From: Candidatus Berkelbacteria bacterium
Lineage (GTDB): Bacteria > Patescibacteriota > UBA1384 > 2-12-FULL-50-11
Length of the DNA stretch: 64,000 bases
Assembly: GCA_016432625.1 (NCBI GenBank)
Contig: CP066697.1
Location: forward strand, 522,561 to 586,560
Reading direction: 5' to 3'
Shown here: one piece after another, positions 1-8,734 of the stretch
Layout: each line of letters begins with the position of its first letter
How positions within the stretch are numbered: the first letter of the stretch is position 1
The notes under the pieces: model-generated
Database searches by the model: none
What the model was told of the DNA's origin: nothing
The model's input: the letters and a program-made list of their open reading frames with translations, nothing else
Position numbers and translations under genes: made by a program

Positions 1-330
1 ACCACCAAAGCCCAGCGGAGTTCGTGGGAAGGGAGCTGGTCAAACGGCGACGCCGACACCGGAACCATTTCCTTCAACATCCGCGACAACCAGCGGGTCG
101 AAGGCTCTGCCTACTGCGACTTCCTGAGCCAGTACGGTCAGGTTGTCGGAACGACCAACGCACAGGGCGACCTTGATCTCCGGATTACGTTCCCATCGCT
201 CTCGGTCCACGTCTTCGGGCGTGTCGAGAGGTACAACGGAACGGCCAGGGGCACGGTCAACGCAAACTGGAGCAATCAGCAGAACACCATCTGGCTGCTC
301 GAGCTCACCATGGTCGACTACGACTACTGA
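1..330 (+). CDS. 3-prime end of an upstream gene, hypothetical protein, C-terminal fragment, frame 1, stop TGA at 328-330
   Basis: Frame 1 is open from position 1 to TGA at 328-330 and reads ...GSWSNGDADTGTISFNIRDNQRVEGSAYCDFLSQYGQVVGTT...TMVDYDY*. A strong terminator follows it. The listed 143..370 ORF is in another frame and is Arg/Ser-rich. Confidence 0.4.
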   Translation, partial: TTKAQRSSWEGSWSNGDADTGTISFNIRDNQRVEGSAYCDFLSQYGQVVGTTNAQGDLDLRITFPSLSVHVFGRVERYNGTARGTVNANWSNQQNTIWLLELTMVDYDY

Positions 331-346
331 AAAGGGACCCGTTCAA

Positions 347-386
347 GGGGGCGGCACGCACACTGCGTGACCGCCCCTTTTTCTTT
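347..386 (+). terminator. Rho-independent terminator
   Basis: GC-rich near-perfect hairpin GGGGGCGGCACGCA-CAC-TGCGTGACCGCCCC at 347-377, followed by TTTTTCTTT. Confidence 0.7.
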
Positions 387-412
387 CCCCCCGTTTTTGC
401 CACAATCTGCTC

Positions 413-1264
413 ATGCCGGAACTACCAGAAGTCGAAACAGTTAAACGCAGTCTAGACAAGGCGATTAAAGGCCAAACTATCAAAGATATCGAAGTTCGTG
501 ACTACAAGATTTTTCGCGGCAAACGTCACGATGTAATCGGTGCGAAAATCAACGAGATCGAGCGGCGGGCTAAGACGCTTATTTGGCGCCTTTCTAACGG
601 TAAATTCCTACTTTTTCATCTAAAAATGACGGGCCAGATGCTTTACGATTCTGATGATCACAAACAAATTGCCGGCGGGGGCCACCCAGATGCAGAATAT
701 TTACAGAAACCGCCGCATAAACACACCTATATTATCTTCACGCTCGATAAGGGTCACCTCTACTTTAACGACCTGCGGAAATTCGGCTGGATCAAGGTAT
801 TAGACGACGACACCTTAAAACAAGAGGTCGCAAAATATGGCCCGGAAGTTGATTGGCCCGAATTTAGCTTTCAATTTTTCACAGAAAAATTGAAGTTGAG
901 GCCGAGAATGAAGATAAAAACCATGCTCATGGACCAGTCGTTTATTTCCGGCATCGGCAATATCTATTCTGACGAGATACTTTTTAAAGCGAAAATCCTC
1001 CCGACCCGACCGGTAAAAGACCTGTCCGAGCCAGAGTTACGAGCTATTTACGATCATATTAAACCAGTGCTCGAGTTAGCGATTGAGCACGGCGGCACCA
1101 CGCTAAAAGATTACCGAAAGCTCGACGGGTCTATCGGCGACTTTTTGCAGCACGCTAACGTCTACCACCGGCACGGGCAGCCTTGCAAAGTTTGTAGCAC
1201 AAAAATCGAACGCATAGTTGTCAACGGCCGTTCCGCGCATTTCTGCCCAAATTGCCAGAAATAG
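413..1264 (+). CDS. mutM: Formamidopyrimidine-DNA glycosylase (Fpg/MutM)
   Basis: N-terminus MPELPEVETV carries the catalytic Pro2/Glu3 signature of the Fpg/Nei family. The C-terminus has a zinc finger, CKVCSTKIERIVVNGRSAHFCPNCQK. Length 283 aa. Confidence 0.9.
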   Translation: MPELPEVETVKRSLDKAIKGQTIKDIEVRDYKIFRGKRHDVIGAKINEIERRAKTLIWRLSNGKFLLFHLKMTGQMLYDSDDHKQIAGGGHPDAEYLQKPPHKHTYIIFTLDKGHLYFNDLRKFGWIKVLDDDTLKQEVAKYGPEVDWPEFSFQFFTEKLKLRPRMKIKTMLMDQSFISGIGNIYSDEILFKAKILPTRPVKDLSEPELRAIYDHIKPVLELAIEHGGTTLKDYRKLDGSIGDFLQHANVYHRHGQPCKVCSTKIERIVVNGRSAHFCPNCQK

Positions 1265-1400
1265 TTACGGCCAGGTTTTCTTGTTTTCCCAAAGGGCTTT
1301 TTCGCCCATTCTGCGACGTTCAACTTGGACTAATTCCTGAAAAATACCGTCAATCAAATCATACTTCTTCGCCTCTTCGATCGTTACCCAGGCGAACTCG

Positions 1401-1820
1401 TCAGACTCTTCTTTTTTGTAACTCGATTTCTCCGGAAACGTAAGTAGCCACGCAGCTTAGGACGATTGACGGCGAACCGTCCTCATGAACGCGCGCTAAA
1501 CTAGTCAGGTACTCTACTTCACTGATTTCGATACCAACCTCCTCTTTGACCTCGCGGGCTAACGTGCGCTCCAAGACGTTGTACCAATAAGCCTCCGTAT
1601 CTCTGGGTAGTGCGAGGTAATCTTTAGCTTCGAGCCGTCCACCGGGCACCGTCCACATTCCTGGAAAACGTTTCTTATTTTTTGAGCGTCGGAGGATCAG
1701 ATATCTATCATCACGAATAATAATGGCTGTTATGGCGACTTCGTGCAGAAATTTATTCTCCATGAGGCCATTAAACTCGGGTGTACAATGAATGCAAAGA
1801 AATGGAATTGAATTCAACAA
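1401..1820 (-). CDS. NUDIX hydrolase
   Basis: Nudix box GGRLEAKDY...LERTLAREVKEEVGI matches GGx5Ex7REuxEExGu. The true start may be an internal Met (MENKF...). Confidence 0.7.
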   Translation of the reverse strand: MLNSIPFLCIHCTPEFNGLMENKFLHEVAITAIIIRDDRYLILRRSKNKKRFPGMWTVPGGRLEAKDYLALPRDTEAYWYNVLERTLAREVKEEVGIEISEVEYLTSLARVHEDGSPSIVLSCVATYVSGEIELQKRRV

Positions 1821-1933
1821 TAATCATCGGCGCGCTGGTACTGCTCTTAGTAGTGGCGATCCTAAAGAAGCTACTGAAATTCGCTTTGTTTTTAGTGATT
1901 GTCGGCGCGATCTACTGGTTTTTCTTTAGGTAG
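1802..1933 (+). CDS. Possible small hydrophobic peptide (43 aa, two TM-like segments)
   Basis: ATG at 1802 through TAG at 1931-1933 encodes MELNSTIIIGALVLLLVVAILKKLLKFALFLVIVGAIYWFFFR. It is below the ORF-track size cutoff and has only a weak RBS. Confidence 0.2.
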   Translation: MELNSTIIIGALVLLLVVAILKKLLKFALFLVIVGAIYWFFFR

Positions 1934-2285
1934 TTGAACGGCTCCGACCTAAAGAGGTGGGAGCCGATCGGTCGGGCCGCTATTGATGGCGGCGGTTGCG
2001 TCGTCTGCCCAGTTTCTTGGGCTTTCCCCCGTTGCGCTCGTCTCGCTTCTGCTTCTTAGCGCGAATGCTTGCTTGACAACTTCGTGACACTATCTTTTCA
2101 TTCCTCCGTCAGTGTCCCAAAAGGGCCCCATAAGCATACACATCAACTCAACAATTCGGAACTTGTTCGCTCGTTGACTACGGAGTGCCAAAAAATTACA
2201 ATACAAATCTCTGCCAAAGAGGTGGCTGGGCTTGGCCTAGTCGGGAGGAAACAATGCACTTCTCAGTTCAACACAGGGGGGATGA

Positions 2286-2678
2286 ATGAACGTCAGAGTT
2301 TTGAGCGGCGTCGTCAAAGACGACTTGGGTCTTGGGCGATTTCCGGTGACGTTTCTCTGCGTCAGCGACATCGATTCGTCGATGAGCGTCGAAGAATGCC
2401 GTCATGCATTCGAGGTCACGAAAGCTTTCTGTAGCCTCTACGGTGACCAGACTATCTTCATCCAGGCTACGACCGATCAGCCGATCGACAACGCGCCACG
2501 CCAGCACTGCCTAGCAATCGCAAACGCCTTGGCCGATCGGGCGGAAGGACAGCGAACAATCGGCCTCTATAGAAGCCCCACCGAAAACAACCCCGCCGAT
2601 TTTGAGCTCGTCAAGCCTGGAACGGCTTTCGCGGGACGACACACCATCCCCTTTTCGTCATTCTCCTTCGTCTACTAG
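2286..2678 (+). CDS. Hypothetical protein (uncertain)
   Basis: A 130-aa ORF with non-repetitive composition and a G-rich stretch upstream of the ATG. It overlaps Arg-rich alternative-frame ORFs in a GC-rich segment, so the coding status is uncertain. Confidence 0.3.
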   Translation: MNVRVLSGVVKDDLGLGRFPVTFLCVSDIDSSMSVEECRHAFEVTKAFCSLYGDQTIFIQATTDQPIDNAPRQHCLAIANALADRAEGQRTIGLYRSPTENNPADFELVKPGTAFAGRHTIPFSSFSFVY

Positions 2679-2690
2679 GCGAGGGAGACC

Positions 2691-2720
2691 AGTGGCGCGA
2701 CCTTCCGAGGTCGCGCCACT
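2691..2720. terminator. 12-bp perfect hairpin, possible bidirectional terminator between the convergent 2286..2678 ORF and purL
   Basis: AGTGGCGCGACC-ttccga-GGTCGCGCCACT. Confidence 0.4.
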
Positions 2721-2807
2721 CTGCTATATTAGCGAGCAATATGCAAGAAAGATTGAGCAACGCACGTAAACAGAACGCCCTGGTCCAGAGAGGACCAGGG
2801 CGCATAT

Positions 2808-5800
2808 TCAGTTGTTGTCGCACCAGTTACGGGCGTTTTGGAATAACTCAAGCCAAGGGCCTTCCCTAGACACGAGGTCGGAAGGCAACCAGGGCCAATT
2901 CCACCATTCCAACGTCCGCTCAGGGTGCGGCATGATCGCCAAGTGGCGACCATTTGGTGAGCATAGCGCGGCGATACCGGCAGGGCTTCCATTCGGGTTG
3001 AATGGGTAACTTTCCACCGAACCATCCGCGATGCCCCCTTGAGGGTAGGAGAACCTGACGGGTGCCAGATTCTCATCGAGGATTCGCTGGAGCGTTTCCT
3101 CTTGAGGAACGTGTAATCGTCCCTCTCCATGGGCAACCCAGATTCCTAGCCTGGAACCCTCCATGTCTTTCAACATAATGGCCGGACTGGGCAGGATCTT
3201 CACCGTCGAGAACCGACTCTCGAACTGCCTACTCGCACCCGCCGAAGCGTTGTGGATGAACCTCGGCTGTGCGTCTTCGGTGAGACCGAAGCTTGGACCA
3301 GGGACCCAGCCCAAAAGTGCCATCAACTGGCAGCCGTTACATACTCCTAGCGAGAAAGTGTCTGGCTGCTCATAGAACCTCTGAAACTCCTCGGCAAGCC
3401 GGGAGTTAAAGCGAATCACTCCAGCCCATCCCTTTCCGGCGTCAAGAACGTCGCCGAAGGAGAATCCCCCGACGAACGCCACACCCCGGAAATCTCGAAG
3501 CGAAATGCGACCTGCAAGCAGATCGTTCATCGTCACGTCGAAGGGGGTGAAACCGCCTTTGAAGAAGGCCGCGGCCATTTCACGATCGCTGTTACTTCCC
3601 TGCTCGCGTAGAATAGCCACTCGCGGTTCGGTGCCAGTCCTTGCCTTAATCCGGAATTGCTTCCAAGGATCAAAGGTTAGGTGGTAAGCCGGTATAGCCA
3701 CTTGAGTGGCCAGAACCCTATGCTCAGCTTCCGCGTGAGCCGGGTCAGCTTGTAGCTTCTCCAGCTCAGTGCTCGTTCGTTCCCACTGCCCCCTAAGGGT
3801 CAGCATCTCGCTAGTTAGCACCGTGTCGTTGTTGACCTGAATCTGAACAGAAAGGTCAGACGTCGCCTTGCCAATTTCTCGGAAAGGCACGTCCTCAGTC
3901 CACAACCGCCTCCTTACGCTCACTACTTTTTCCTTGGAGCAGCCGAGGATGAGGCCTGGCTCCTCACTAAAGAGTAGCGACAGGGGGTCTGCGTCACTCC
4001 GCAGCGAAATGTCCAGGCCGGTACAACCGGCGAAGGCCATCTCGAGCAAAGTTACGATCAGTCCGCCATCACTCCGGTCGTGTACCGAGTTCACCGCTCC
4101 TTTTCGAACGAGTGTCTGAACCACGGTGAACGTCTTCTTGAGTAACTCCAGGTCATCTACGTCCGGCGATTCGTCACCCACCTGACCATAGACTTGAGCG
4201 AGGGCCGAACCGCCGAGGCGATTCTTTCCTTTACCAAGGTCAATGTAGATGAGCTCTGAACCTTCAGGAACCGCGGCGTTTACTTTGCGCGTGACGTCAG
4301 ACGTCGGCGCGTAGTTTGCTACTACGAGTTCGCCTGGCGCCTTAACCACGTGCTCGGAGCCATCCTGGGCTTTCATCTTGGCGGCCATAGACAGACTGTC
4401 CTTGCCGCCATCGATAGCCATTCCGCATTCGACAAGGATGTCGCGAAGGGCTTGCGCTGCTTCGAGAAGCCACGCGCCTTCACCTATGAGCTTGGGAGCC
4501 CACATCCAGTTCGCCGAACAGCGAATGTCCTGCATTTTCGTGATCGGCACGCCGACCATGTTTAGCAAGGCTTCCGCTACCGTTAGGCGCGCCATGGCCG
4601 CCGGAGAGATTAGCCCTTTCATGGGCTGTTCCCCGAGGCTCAGAACGACACCGCTGGTTTCGAAATGACTTTGCGCCATCACGGCGCAGTCGGCGAGCGT
4701 GACATGCATTGGCCCGATGCATTGCTGCTGAGCCACTAAACCCGTCACGCACCGATCTACTTTAGTCGTGAGGAACCGCTTCGAGGCCACTGCTGGGAGC
4801 AGTAGCACTCGCACCAGCGCCTCTTCCACAGTCAGGTTGTCCGGGAGCCGAAGTGGCTCACGAACGGCTTTGACTCGTGTGAGGTTGAAGGTTTTCTGGG
4901 GGAGCTTCTCCAGGACGAGGTCCAAAGGCAGAGCTACCGGCGTGGTGCCGTCGCTCTCATCGTGCAGGATCAACAAACCGTCGCCGGTCACTTGCCCCAC
5001 AATCGCCATAGGAACGCCTTCGCGTTCACAGATTACTTGGAGGGCCGTCAGACCATCTTCTGTAGCCAGTAACGCTTCACGCTCTTGGCTCTCGTTCGCC
5101 CAGATCTCTGCCACCGAAAGGCTTGTGTCGCCTATTGGAAGGTGCCGCAGCTCAATCCGTGCACCCGCCGGAACTACCAGCTCCGGGAGAGCATTGCAGT
5201 CACCGCCAGCACCTAGGTCGTGAATTGACACGATCGGATTCTTTTCGCCAAGCTCGCTACAGGTCTGTACGACCCGCCACATTCGCTGCTCCATTTCGGG
5301 GTTACCGCGCTGAACAGCGTTAAAATCGAGCTCCGCACGATTCTCGCCTTGGATCATGGAGCTTGCTGCTCCACCACCAAGACCGATCCGATACGCCGGG
5401 CCACCGAGCTGCACAAGGAACATTCCCTTTTGGGGGATTCCCTTTTCGACGTGACGCTCGTCAATCTGACCAGCACCAACGGTGTACATCACCGGCTTTG
5501 TCCAGCTCCGCCACTCTCCGCCAACTTCCAACCCCGCCGTTCGTGTAAACCCGTAGATCACGGGTTCGCCGAAACAGTTTCCGTAGTCGGATGCACCGTC
5601 GCTTGCCCGAATGAGGATGTCGAGCGGTGAAGCCCACTCATCCGGATGCGCCCAGCTCCCCATTTCCCACGGCTGTTCAAAGCCAGGGATTTGGAGATTG
5701 CCTACGCAGTATGCAGCACCAGCTACGCCCATTATTCCGGCCCTGCCAACGGATAGGTTGTCACGAATGCGACCACCTGTTCCGGTAGCTGCCCCGGGGT

Positions 5801-6749
5801 ACGGAGCTTTGCCAGACGGCATATTGTGCGTTTCAGCGGTAAGCGTTGGATGCAGGTTGCGGTGAGTGGTGTCGAAAGCCACCGGCTCCCCCGGACGAGT
5901 GGACACAAGGGTCCATACTCCCGAGGAAACCTTGATAGCCGAACTGTCATCGTGAAAGGCGATGAGCGAATTGCCCGGAGAGCGTATCCATGGAGTTCTA
6001 ACGATCTCCATCAGACTCTCTGGCTGCTCCACATCATCTACCACTAACCGACCCTTGAAGAACCAGTGACGGCAGTGCTCAGAGTTCGCTTGCGCGATCT
6101 GCATAAGCTCCACGTTTGTTGGATCGCGCTCTAGCACCTCTACGAAAAGGTTCAAACAGAGCGCCAAATCTTGGTCGTCGTCCATCCCAAGCCCAAGCTG
6201 CTTGTTCTCGTACCGCAGTACATCTATTCCACCCTGTAGAAGGGGGATGACGCGCATTGGTTCAGGAAGCATATCGTGCTCCAGGCTGTCGAGCGGCACC
6301 TCATAGCGCTGCTCCGTCATGCGATCGTGGAGGGATCCAGCGAGAGTCTCCCATTGCTGAGAGGTTAGCCGATATCCGGTGGCTATGAGCGGTTGATAGC
6401 GGCGCGAGCGTTCAAGCCGCACCACCTGATTCAATCCGCACTTGTGACAAATCTCCACGGCCGACGACGAAAAAGGCGTTTCGAAGTTCAGCCGAGGCCC
6501 AACTTCGATAATCCCATCACGCTCATCGAGAAACGTTTTCTGCCCAAACTGATCGGGCTCGAACGTCTCACCGAGAAGCCAGACAAGGCGTGCCTCTTGT
6601 TGAGGCGAGAGCGGCGCGCTCAGCTTGACGTAATAGCAGTACTCCGTGTGAATGCTGTTGATGTTGAGTCCAAGCTGTCTGCGCGCACGGTCGACGAGGG
6701 TTTCAGTTCCTTGCGCTGTCAGCGCAGGAGTTCGGTAGAATCTTTTCAT
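2808..6749 (-). CDS. purL: Phosphoribosylformylglycinamidine synthase, single-chain large type (FGAM synthase)
   Basis: About 1313 aa. The N-terminus MKRFYRTPALT aligns with the large-PurL N-terminus. There is a central PurM-like FGAM synthetase region. The C-terminal class-I glutamine amidotransferase has catalytic Cys in GVCNGCQLM and HGEGR near the end. The start was taken at ATG 6749 rather than the upstream GTG at 6812. Confidence 0.9.
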   Translation of the reverse strand: MKRFYRTPALTAQGTETLVDRARRQLGLNINSIHTEYCYYVKLSAPLSPQQEARLVWLLGETFEPDQFGQKTFLDERDGIIEVGPRLNFETPFSSSAVEICHKCGLNQVVRLERSRRYQPLIATGYRLTSQQWETLAGSLHDRMTEQRYEVPLDSLEHDMLPEPMRVIPLLQGGIDVLRYENKQLGLGMDDDQDLALCLNLFVEVLERDPTNVELMQIAQANSEHCRHWFFKGRLVVDDVEQPESLMEIVRTPWIRSPGNSLIAFHDDSSAIKVSSGVWTLVSTRPGEPVAFDTTHRNLHPTLTAETHNMPSGKAPYPGAATGTGGRIRDNLSVGRAGIMGVAGAAYCVGNLQIPGFEQPWEMGSWAHPDEWASPLDILIRASDGASDYGNCFGEPVIYGFTRTAGLEVGGEWRSWTKPVMYTVGAGQIDERHVEKGIPQKGMFLVQLGGPAYRIGLGGGAASSMIQGENRAELDFNAVQRGNPEMEQRMWRVVQTCSELGEKNPIVSIHDLGAGGDCNALPELVVPAGARIELRHLPIGDTSLSVAEIWANESQEREALLATEDGLTALQVICEREGVPMAIVGQVTGDGLLILHDESDGTTPVALPLDLVLEKLPQKTFNLTRVKAVREPLRLPDNLTVEEALVRVLLLPAVASKRFLTTKVDRCVTGLVAQQQCIGPMHVTLADCAVMAQSHFETSGVVLSLGEQPMKGLISPAAMARLTVAEALLNMVGVPITKMQDIRCSANWMWAPKLIGEGAWLLEAAQALRDILVECGMAIDGGKDSLSMAAKMKAQDGSEHVVKAPGELVVANYAPTSDVTRKVNAAVPEGSELIYIDLGKGKNRLGGSALAQVYGQVGDESPDVDDLELLKKTFTVVQTLVRKGAVNSVHDRSDGGLIVTLLEMAFAGCTGLDISLRSDADPLSLLFSEEPGLILGCSKEKVVSVRRRLWTEDVPFREIGKATSDLSVQIQVNNDTVLTSEMLTLRGQWERTSTELEKLQADPAHAEAEHRVLATQVAIPAYHLTFDPWKQFRIKARTGTEPRVAILREQGSNSDREMAAAFFKGGFTPFDVTMNDLLAGRISLRDFRGVAFVGGFSFGDVLDAGKGWAGVIRFNSRLAEEFQRFYEQPDTFSLGVCNGCQLMALLGWVPGPSFGLTEDAQPRFIHNASAGASRQFESRFSTVKILPSPAIMLKDMEGSRLGIWVAHGEGRLHVPQEETLQRILDENLAPVRFSYPQGGIADGSVESYPFNPNGSPAGIAALCSPNGRHLAIMPHPERTLEWWNWPWLPSDLVSREGPWLELFQNARNWCDNN

Positions 6750-6868
6750 TTTTCCGTACTTCCGTTCTGTTAAGGATACAGAGGCACATAGCAAAGCAGT
6801 GCCTTGCGGCACCCCTCTATCCCATGGACTCCGCGGCTATTCTATCAGTTACCCGTGAATAATAAAGT

Positions 6869-6882
6869 GTGGACCGTTGGGG
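6869..6882. repeat. 14-nt direct repeat of the tRNA-Ala 3-prime end (TGGACCGTTGGGGA), second copy at 7001-7014
   Basis: Exact 14-mer duplicated 132 nt apart. The upstream copy is followed by an 8-bp hairpin CGAGTCCG-tacg-CGGACTCG, not by a tRNA body. Confidence 0.6.
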
Positions 6883-6959
6883 ACCGCGAGTCCGTACGCG
6901 GACTCGTCTTCTCACTAACGTTCAAAGTCGGACCCTGGGTTCGAGTCCGAGTAATCGAA

Positions 6960-7000
6960 CATCGAAAAAGCCGAGGCAAAATGCCTCGACCTTTTCGATG
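6960..7000 (-). terminator. Long hairpin immediately 3-prime of tRNA-Ala, putative terminator or processing stem
   Basis: A 19-bp stem with 2 mismatches and a 3-nt loop, CATCGAAAAAGCCGAGGCA-aaa-TGCCTCGACCTTTTCGATG, directly abuts the tRNA 3-prime end. Confidence 0.45.
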
Positions 7001-7073
7001 TGGACCGTTGGGGATTCGAACCCCATGCCTCCGCCATGCAAAGGCGGCGCTCTACCAAGTGAGCTAACGGCCC
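7001..7073 (-). tRNA. tRNA-Ala (anticodon UGC)
   Basis: Reverse complement is GGGCCGTTAGCTCACTTGGTAGAGCGCCGCCTTTGCATGGCGGAGGCATGGGGTTCGAATCCCCAACGGTCCA. The anticodon loop is TTTGCAT, the G3:U70 Ala identity pair is present, D- and T-arms are canonical, and CCA is not encoded. Confidence 0.85.
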
Positions 7074-7118
7074 GATTGAGCTTGCTCAGTAGCGCTGAGA
7101 CTACCGAGCAAGCCGTGT

Positions 7119-7361
7119 TCATTCGACAAAAACCGGGAGCGGTTCTTGCTTGATGACTGAGATGAGCTCGACGCCGAGGTGACCAGTTTGGTACTTGTTG
7201 GCGAGTGCCATGATCTTGCGCTCGATTGCATCGCGATCCTTGTCGAGTAACGACTGGCTCTCGCCAGCGTTGATCCGACGGACGAGCATGGCGTCTTCTC
7301 GAAACAGCTCTTCAGCGTATGCGGCATCAGTCTGTCTGTCTTCATCCGAAATCGTAACCAA
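7119..7361 (-). CDS. Small hypothetical protein (80 aa)
   Basis: Non-repetitive ORF. It overlaps a Ser-rich alternative-frame ORF that was rejected. Confidence 0.35.
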   Translation of the reverse strand: MVTISDEDRQTDAAYAEELFREDAMLVRRINAGESQSLLDKDRDAIERKIMALANKYQTGHLGVELISVIKQEPLPVFVE

Positions 7362-7450
7362 GGCTTGCCTCCAAGGTGCGGTACTCGACCCCCAATTGGT
7401 GGGAGTCGGCTGAGGCCAATATTACTCTTTTCGGCTTAAGATGTCAGCAG

Positions 7451-7651
7451 TTAGAAGACGTAAATTACGGTTATGATTATTAGCACCACGCCGAGTAGCT
7501 TCCACATCGTATAGGTGCCACCTTCGCCCAAGTATTTTTCAGCAAGGTAGCTATGGCCAACGAGTTGAGTCAGCTGATAATTGTACTTCACTAATACCGT
7601 TCCTAAGACGAAGCCGCCAATCAGAATCAAGATCTTCAGAAGAATAGCCAT
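7451..7651 (-). CDS. Small membrane protein (66 aa, two TM)
   Basis: Hydrophobic ORF directly downstream of 7653..8168 with a 1-nt gap. Confidence 0.4.
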   Translation of the reverse strand: MAILLKILILIGGFVLGTVLVKYNYQLTQLVGHSYLAEKYLGEGGTYTMWKLLGVVLIIITVIYVF

Positions 7652-7652
7652 C

Positions 7653-8168
7653 TCAAGTCAATAATACATAAAGTCCGACGATAATAACTAGGAGCTGCGA
7701 AGCGAAGCCCCACCAAGTCGGAACCTGACGTCGCGCTTCCTCGCTAATGTGATTACGTTCATGAAACCCGCGCTCAATCAAAACACCCGGAACATATTTT
7801 GTAACCTTATTTACAAGCGGGATATTGTCTATTAAGTCTGGGAAGAACCCGCCGAGCGCGCCCCAAAAAACGGGACTCGTCCAGATCGGGAGCTCTCCTC
7901 TCGTTTGAACGACAAGGAAAACTATTACTGCTGCGGCGGTAACATCAACAATGCCTGAGGCAATTCCTATTGGCGGGACGTCTTTTAGCTCAACGCCGCT
8001 CGGGTAGCCGTGGATGTCTTTACCAAAGATATTTTCCCAATGCGGTATTTTATCGAGGACATAATGAGAAGCCCAGCCAGCAGCGAACGCAATTGCGGGC
8101 GCAGCTGGCAATTCGACGACAAATGACCCGAGCGCTGCGCCAACTACCGCGTGTGGAATTGTAAGCAT
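7653..8168 (-). CDS. Membrane protein, possibly a membrane-bound metal-dependent hydrolase (YdjM/DUF457-like)
   Basis: 171 aa with multiple TM segments and His/Asp-containing motifs (HYVLDKIPHWEN). The family assignment is a guess. Confidence 0.4.
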   Translation of the reverse strand: MLTIPHAVVGAALGSFVVELPAAPAIAFAAGWASHYVLDKIPHWENIFGKDIHGYPSGVELKDVPPIGIASGIVDVTAAAVIVFLVVQTRGELPIWTSPVFWGALGGFFPDLIDNIPLVNKVTKYVPGVLIERGFHERNHISEEARRQVPTWWGFASQLLVIIVGLYVLLT

Positions 8169-8229
8169 GTTTCCATTCTACAACGATCCCCTGGCGTATT
8201 CGCCAGGGGATGTCGGGTTTGGAGAGGGC

Positions 8230-8652
8230 CTAGAGCAGGCAGTCCAGTACGTCCTTCTCGATCTGGACGCGGGTGCCCGGGTCAGTCCATGTATACAGCT
8301 TCTTCGCGTCCGCGATGTGCATTCGGATGCAGCCGTTTGAGGCTGGGTATGCCGGAACGCTGTGGTAGCCGTGTATCAGGATGTGACCGACGAGCCGTTG
8401 TGGGTAGTAGAGCGTTCCACCGCCGTACTTGGGCAAGGCTTTGCCCCGGGTTCGCTTGTCGTGGATAAAGAAGGTGCCTGTTGGCGTCTTCTTCCCAGGA
8501 CGAGCAGTCGAGACCGAGAACTGCATCACTGCTTCGAGTCCTTCGAAACAGGTCATAGTCTGGTCTTTCAGGTCGACGACGATGAATTTGTCCTGCGCAT
8601 CAGTAGCCGAGAGGCCGCCAATAGCAAGAACAGCGAGTAAAGTTGCAAACAC
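8230..8652 (-). CDS. L,D-transpeptidase (YkuD domain), secreted
   Basis: N-terminal signal peptide, then the catalytic motif HGYHSVPAYPASNGCIRM (His...Ser-x-Gly-Cys-Ile-Arg). A GC hairpin at 8186-8211 lies downstream. Confidence 0.7.
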   Translation of the reverse strand: MFATLLAVLAIGGLSATDAQDKFIVVDLKDQTMTCFEGLEAVMQFSVSTARPGKKTPTGTFFIHDKRTRGKALPKYGGGTLYYPQRLVGHILIHGYHSVPAYPASNGCIRMHIADAKKLYTWTDPGTRVQIEKDVLDCLL

Positions 8653-8734
8653 TTTTTTCGATCCTCCGTGAACGCCTTGTGAGACGTGGAAACTACACTA
8701 ACAGATTATGAGGAAAAATCCAGGGCTTTAAGAG

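Noticed and set aside
143-370. Listed 75-aa ORF at the window start
   Set aside because: It is Arg/Ser-rich and out of frame. Frame 1 is open from position 1 to a TGA at 328-330 with protein-like composition, and a strong terminator follows it. The frame-1 partial CDS was reported instead.
2069-2434. 121-aa + ORF and overlapping 79-aa minus ORF
   Set aside because: Arg-rich tails and mutual overlap are typical of spurious ORFs in GC-rich DNA. Only 2286..2678 was kept, at low confidence.
2611-3136. Minus-strand ORFs 2611..2823 and 2729..3136 and + ORF 2812..3009 overlapping the purL 3-prime end
   Set aside because: Alternative frames of the purL region. purL is a continuous 1313-aa ORF with recognisable domains.
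6869-6950. A second tRNA upstream of tRNA-Ala
   Set aside because: It shares only the 14-nt 3-prime end with tRNA-Ala. The remainder does not fold into D-, anticodon- or T-arms on either strand.
7064-7345. 93-aa Ser-rich minus ORF
   Set aside because: It overlaps 7119..7361 in another frame and is low-complexity. The less biased ORF was kept.
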